Positions 8,549 through 10,923 of a stretch of 10,923 bases of DNA are shown in pieces; position 1 is the first letter of the stretch; every line of letters begins with the position of its first letter. The stretch covers positions 1 through 10,923 of the IMG/VR virus record IMGVR_UViG_3300036772_000425; one strand, written 5' to 3'. The notes beneath the pieces were generated by a model. That model made no database searches and was not told where the DNA came from. It was given only the letters and a program-made list of their open reading frames with translations. The position numbers and the translations under genes were made by a program. Source of the DNA: a virus.

Positions 8549-8992
8549 TCAGCGTCGTACAAGCCTGACACGCTGCGGTTGGTGCCGTTGCGATGAGTAC
8601 GTTTTCTTGAACCGTGTCAGATCACGCTGCGGAAGTTCAGGTTCTGGTTCCTCTGGAGGGGCTGGGAACACATCCCATTCACCAGATCCCACACCCTGGT
8701 TGGTGGTGGGATTCTGGTCTGACACGGCCGACGTCCGATCCTGGCTCTCGCTCAGGATCTCGTGAGCGCCCCAGGTGTTCATGAGCCCACCCCAACTGCC
8801 GGACTCCAACGTGCCGATGTCAACTCCGGAGTTGGCACCGAATGTATTCATCAGCCCACCCCAACTGCCGGTCTGCCAGCTGGAGACAGTGTAATCCAGT
8901 GCCAACATCGAGTTGCTGTTGGCGGACGGGTACCAAGCACCCGTGATGAACGTGTTGGTTTCAGAGGTTGTCAGTTCAACGATGGATGCCAT
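8549..8992 (-). CDS. Hypothetical small protein (147 aa from the internal Met, MASIVELTT…; the ORF track gives 165 aa from 9046). Contains a tandem 23-aa repeat carrying GSWGGLMNT[F/W]GA, an acidic Pro/Glu segment, and a basic C-terminal tail (RFKKTYSSQRHQPQRVRLVRR)
   Basis: ORF 8549..9046. Starting at the first Met would overlap the upstream 535-aa gene by 50 nt. The in-frame ATG at 8992..8990 lies 4 nt after that gene's TGA (8997-8999), minus strand TGAGATCATG, which matches the tight-junction pattern elsewhere in the block. The 9046 start remains possible. Confidence 0.6.
   Translation of the reverse strand: MASIVELTTSETNTFITGAWYPSANSNSMLALDYTVSSWQTGSWGGLMNTFGANSGVDIGTLESGSWGGLMNTWGAHEILSESQDRTSAVSDQNPTTNQGVGSGEWDVFPAPPEEPEPELPQRDLTRFKKTYSSQRHQPQRVRLVRR
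8771..8872. repeat. Imperfect direct repeat of about 32 nt with a 69-nt period (…gt[g/a]ttcat[g/c]agcccaccccaactgccgg…) encoding the duplicated GSWGGLMNT[F/W]GA peptide
   Basis: agcccac occurs at 8784-8790 and 8853-8859 with the identical downstream run cccaactgccgg. The offset is 69 nt, i.e. 23 codons. Confidence 0.5.
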
Positions 8993-8996
8993 GATC

Positions 8997-10604
8997 TCAG
9001 AGTCCGTTGATTCCGCCCCAAGGCATGTACATGCCGCCCAAGGCATGGAACCATTGCATGTTGGTGTCGACAGTCGACCACGAAGGTTGCCCTGTCACCC
9101 TGCCGAACCGGGCGATGGGAACTCGACCCATCCTTCGAGGTTCGATCGGGAACACTGCATTGTCCGAGTAGTTCCGGTTGTTGTCCAGCGTACCTGCGTA
9201 CAGGTCGGAGGTGGTGAGCTCGGTGGCGTTCAGGAAGGGTGAATCTCCGGCAGCCACATCGAACCTGATGCTACTGGAGTTTGCCGGTGAGGCAGAAACG
9301 TATGACAGGCTTGACATCACGCACGACAGCGGGCCGTTCCTGCTGTCCAAGGAGTACGCCATCCCGCTGACACCCTCTACCTTGGCCGCGCCGCAGCGCC
9401 AATCTACACCAGCAAGAAACCCACGTTGGGTCTGACCGACCACGAAAAGACTTTGGGCACTGGAAGCACCCGGCACGGGAGTCTCACCCTCAGGTTGTCC
9501 GAACATCGCAAAGACATGGCTCGCGCTCGATTGGTTACGCAGCATCACGAGGCAGGTTCCGGTGACATCGTCAGCCCAAGCATAGAAACGGTAGCTGATC
9601 GCAGTACCGGCCTGAGGACCACCGGTTGAAGATCCGGTGGTGGCGACAGCGAGAGCATCGATGCCGGGCATCGATCCCACGTATGCGGCGGCGTTTGCAT
9701 ACGAAAAATTGAACCACTGCGGACCGTGGAGGTGCAGCGCGGCCGGACTGCCGAACTGTCCCACCGGGAAATCACCGTTCGATCCACCCATTCCAGGGAT
9801 CGCGGTGAAAGCTGGGTTACCGGTGCTCTCAGAACCACCGAAGCTGATCGTGGCGGTGGACTCCAAGGCCAACCTGACATTCCAGTTCAGTGATGAAGGG
9901 CTCTTCATCAGGAGCCGCGGGTAGGTGCTGCCGCCCTGTCCCTGGTACTGGGTCGTATCACCCGTGGCTCGAAGTGAATTGAAGGTTGGCCATGCAACTC
10001 CCGTTCGAACGGGTCCCCGACCGAAAGATCCCGTGCCGGTGTCAGAACCGGGCGGCGGCAACCAGATCGATGCGACCACGTAGCTGCCTGTCTCGTTGAG
10101 GGTGGGTGAAGTCGACCTGTAATCGATCTCGATGGAATTCTGGGACAACCAGCTGGACACGTCAGTGATCCGAAAGATCCCAGAGTTCGCCAGTGGGTTC
10201 TGGGTGCTCTTGATCACGGCCCAACTTCCGAGCAGTGGGTTCTGGCTGGGCCATGAACCGGACGATTGGGGCCAGTTTGTCGGGAACGCTGCGCTCATCA
10301 GGTTGACCATGTCCTGCGAGAACCGCAGGAGCGTATGACCGCCCGACCCAGAAATGAAGCAGCACGGTGTGCTCTCTGGTATGATGGAGGAACTGACGGT
10401 GCTGAAGGCACTGCCGTTCCAAGAATCATAATTGATGGTTTGGGATGGGTTCAGGTTCGGCAGCAGGCTTCCCGCGGAGCTCTGTGTCGTGTAACCCACA
10501 ACACCCTTCAGGAAGACAGCCAACGCCCACATCGTATCGTACGAACCGGTGGCAAGCTGTCGCGAGCCACCCAGGACCAGATCACGGCATGCGTGGATCG
10601 TCAT
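8997..10604 (-). CDS. Hypothetical G/S/T/A/N-rich, Trp-containing protein with very few charged residues (535 aa from MTIHACRDL…; 562 aa if started at 10685); candidate capsid, fibre or surface-exposed structural protein
   Basis: 1.69-kb ORF. The internal ATG at 10604..10602 forms an ATGA overlap with the TGA stop (10603..10601) of the upstream partial gene, the same architecture as the 5039-5042 junction. AGGGA lies 4 nt upstream of this ATG. The track start at 10685 would overlap the upstream gene by 84 nt. Confidence 0.75.
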   Translation of the reverse strand: MTIHACRDLVLGGSRQLATGSYDTMWALAVFLKGVVGYTTQSSAGSLLPNLNPSQTINYDSWNGSAFSTVSSSIIPESTPCCFISGSGGHTLLRFSQDMVNLMSAAFPTNWPQSSGSWPSQNPLLGSWAVIKSTQNPLANSGIFRITDVSSWLSQNSIEIDYRSTSPTLNETGSYVVASIWLPPPGSDTGTGSFGRGPVRTGVAWPTFNSLRATGDTTQYQGQGGSTYPRLLMKSPSSLNWNVRLALESTATISFGGSESTGNPAFTAIPGMGGSNGDFPVGQFGSPAALHLHGPQWFNFSYANAAAYVGSMPGIDALAVATTGSSTGGPQAGTAISYRFYAWADDVTGTCLVMLRNQSSASHVFAMFGQPEGETPVPGASSAQSLFVVGQTQRGFLAGVDWRCGAAKVEGVSGMAYSLDSRNGPLSCVMSSLSYVSASPANSSSIRFDVAAGDSPFLNATELTTSDLYAGTLDNNRNYSDNAVFPIEPRRMGRVPIARFGRVTGQPSWSTVDTNMQWFHALGGMYMPWGGINGL

Positions 10605-10923
10605 ACCATCCCTGCAAAGATGTCCCGGTTGGGGACGATAGAGTGATCCCAAGGCAGCACGATACCGTTGCCCGCATGGATCCAACGGCCGCCAGCGGCA
10701 TCATCGAAGCGAGCGAACCGTGAGAACCCGCTCATGTACTTCACTGAACGGATCCGAGCCCTGACCAGGCTGAACTGCCCGGTCGCAGAAACCTGCCCGT
10801 TGATGGTGGGCAACGAGAGGAACGGATCGGGAAGCAGGACCTGGTTCGTGATCTTGTTGTACAGGATGGGCCACCTGCTGTTCTGAACGCTGTCAGTGGC
10901 ACTGTTCGGCCACATGGATGAAT
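10601..10923 (-). CDS. Hypothetical protein, partial (N-terminus lies beyond window end). Visible C-terminal part: …NSRWPILYNKITNQVLLPDPFLSLPTINGQVSATGQFSLVRARIRSVKYMSGFSRFARFDDAAGGRWIHAGNGIVLPWDHSIVPNRDIFAGMV
   Basis: Open minus-strand frame from the window edge to the TGA at 10603..10601. Codon usage like neighbours. The reported Met at 10915 is only 2-3 codons from the window edge, so the true start is probably outside the window. Confidence 0.55.
   Translation of the reverse strand, partial: SSMWPNSATDSVQNSRWPILYNKITNQVLLPDPFLSLPTINGQVSATGQFSLVRARIRSVKYMSGFSRFARFDDAAGGRWIHAGNGIVLPWDHSIVPNRDIFAGMV

Overview
GC-rich (~57%) window filled by one co-directional block of seven minus-strand protein-coding genes. 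Five are complete (147, 335, 535, 820 and 1392 aa) and two run off the window edges. Every plus-strand ORF in the supplied track overlaps these genes antisense and has the R/D/V/L-rich composition of a shadow frame, so none is called. Gene junctions are tight: ATGA start/stop overlaps at 5039-5042 and 10601-10604, a 3-nt spacer at 7502-7504 and a 4-nt spacer at 8993-8996. The only real intergenic gaps are 36 nt (8513-8548) and 92 nt (772-863); both are AT-richer and share a CAAAGTAY motif. No consistent Shine-Dalgarno sequence precedes any start. Codons end almost exclusively in C or G (ATC, AAG, ACC, CTG, AAC, TTC, CAG, GAC), while the proteins are N/Q/S/T/D-rich and net acidic rather than Ala/Arg/Gly-rich. 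I recognise no product from memory; no RdRp, RT or terminase signatures were found. My best interpretation, which is inference, is a translationally coupled virion-structural-type module of an uncharacterised virus or phage (or phage-like element) whose host uses SD-independent or leaderless initiation. It includes two giant ORFans, a nearly charge-free G/S/T/W-rich 535-aa protein, and a small Trp-Gly repeat protein. No rRNA, tRNA, CRISPR array or transposase is evident. All products are hypothetical.
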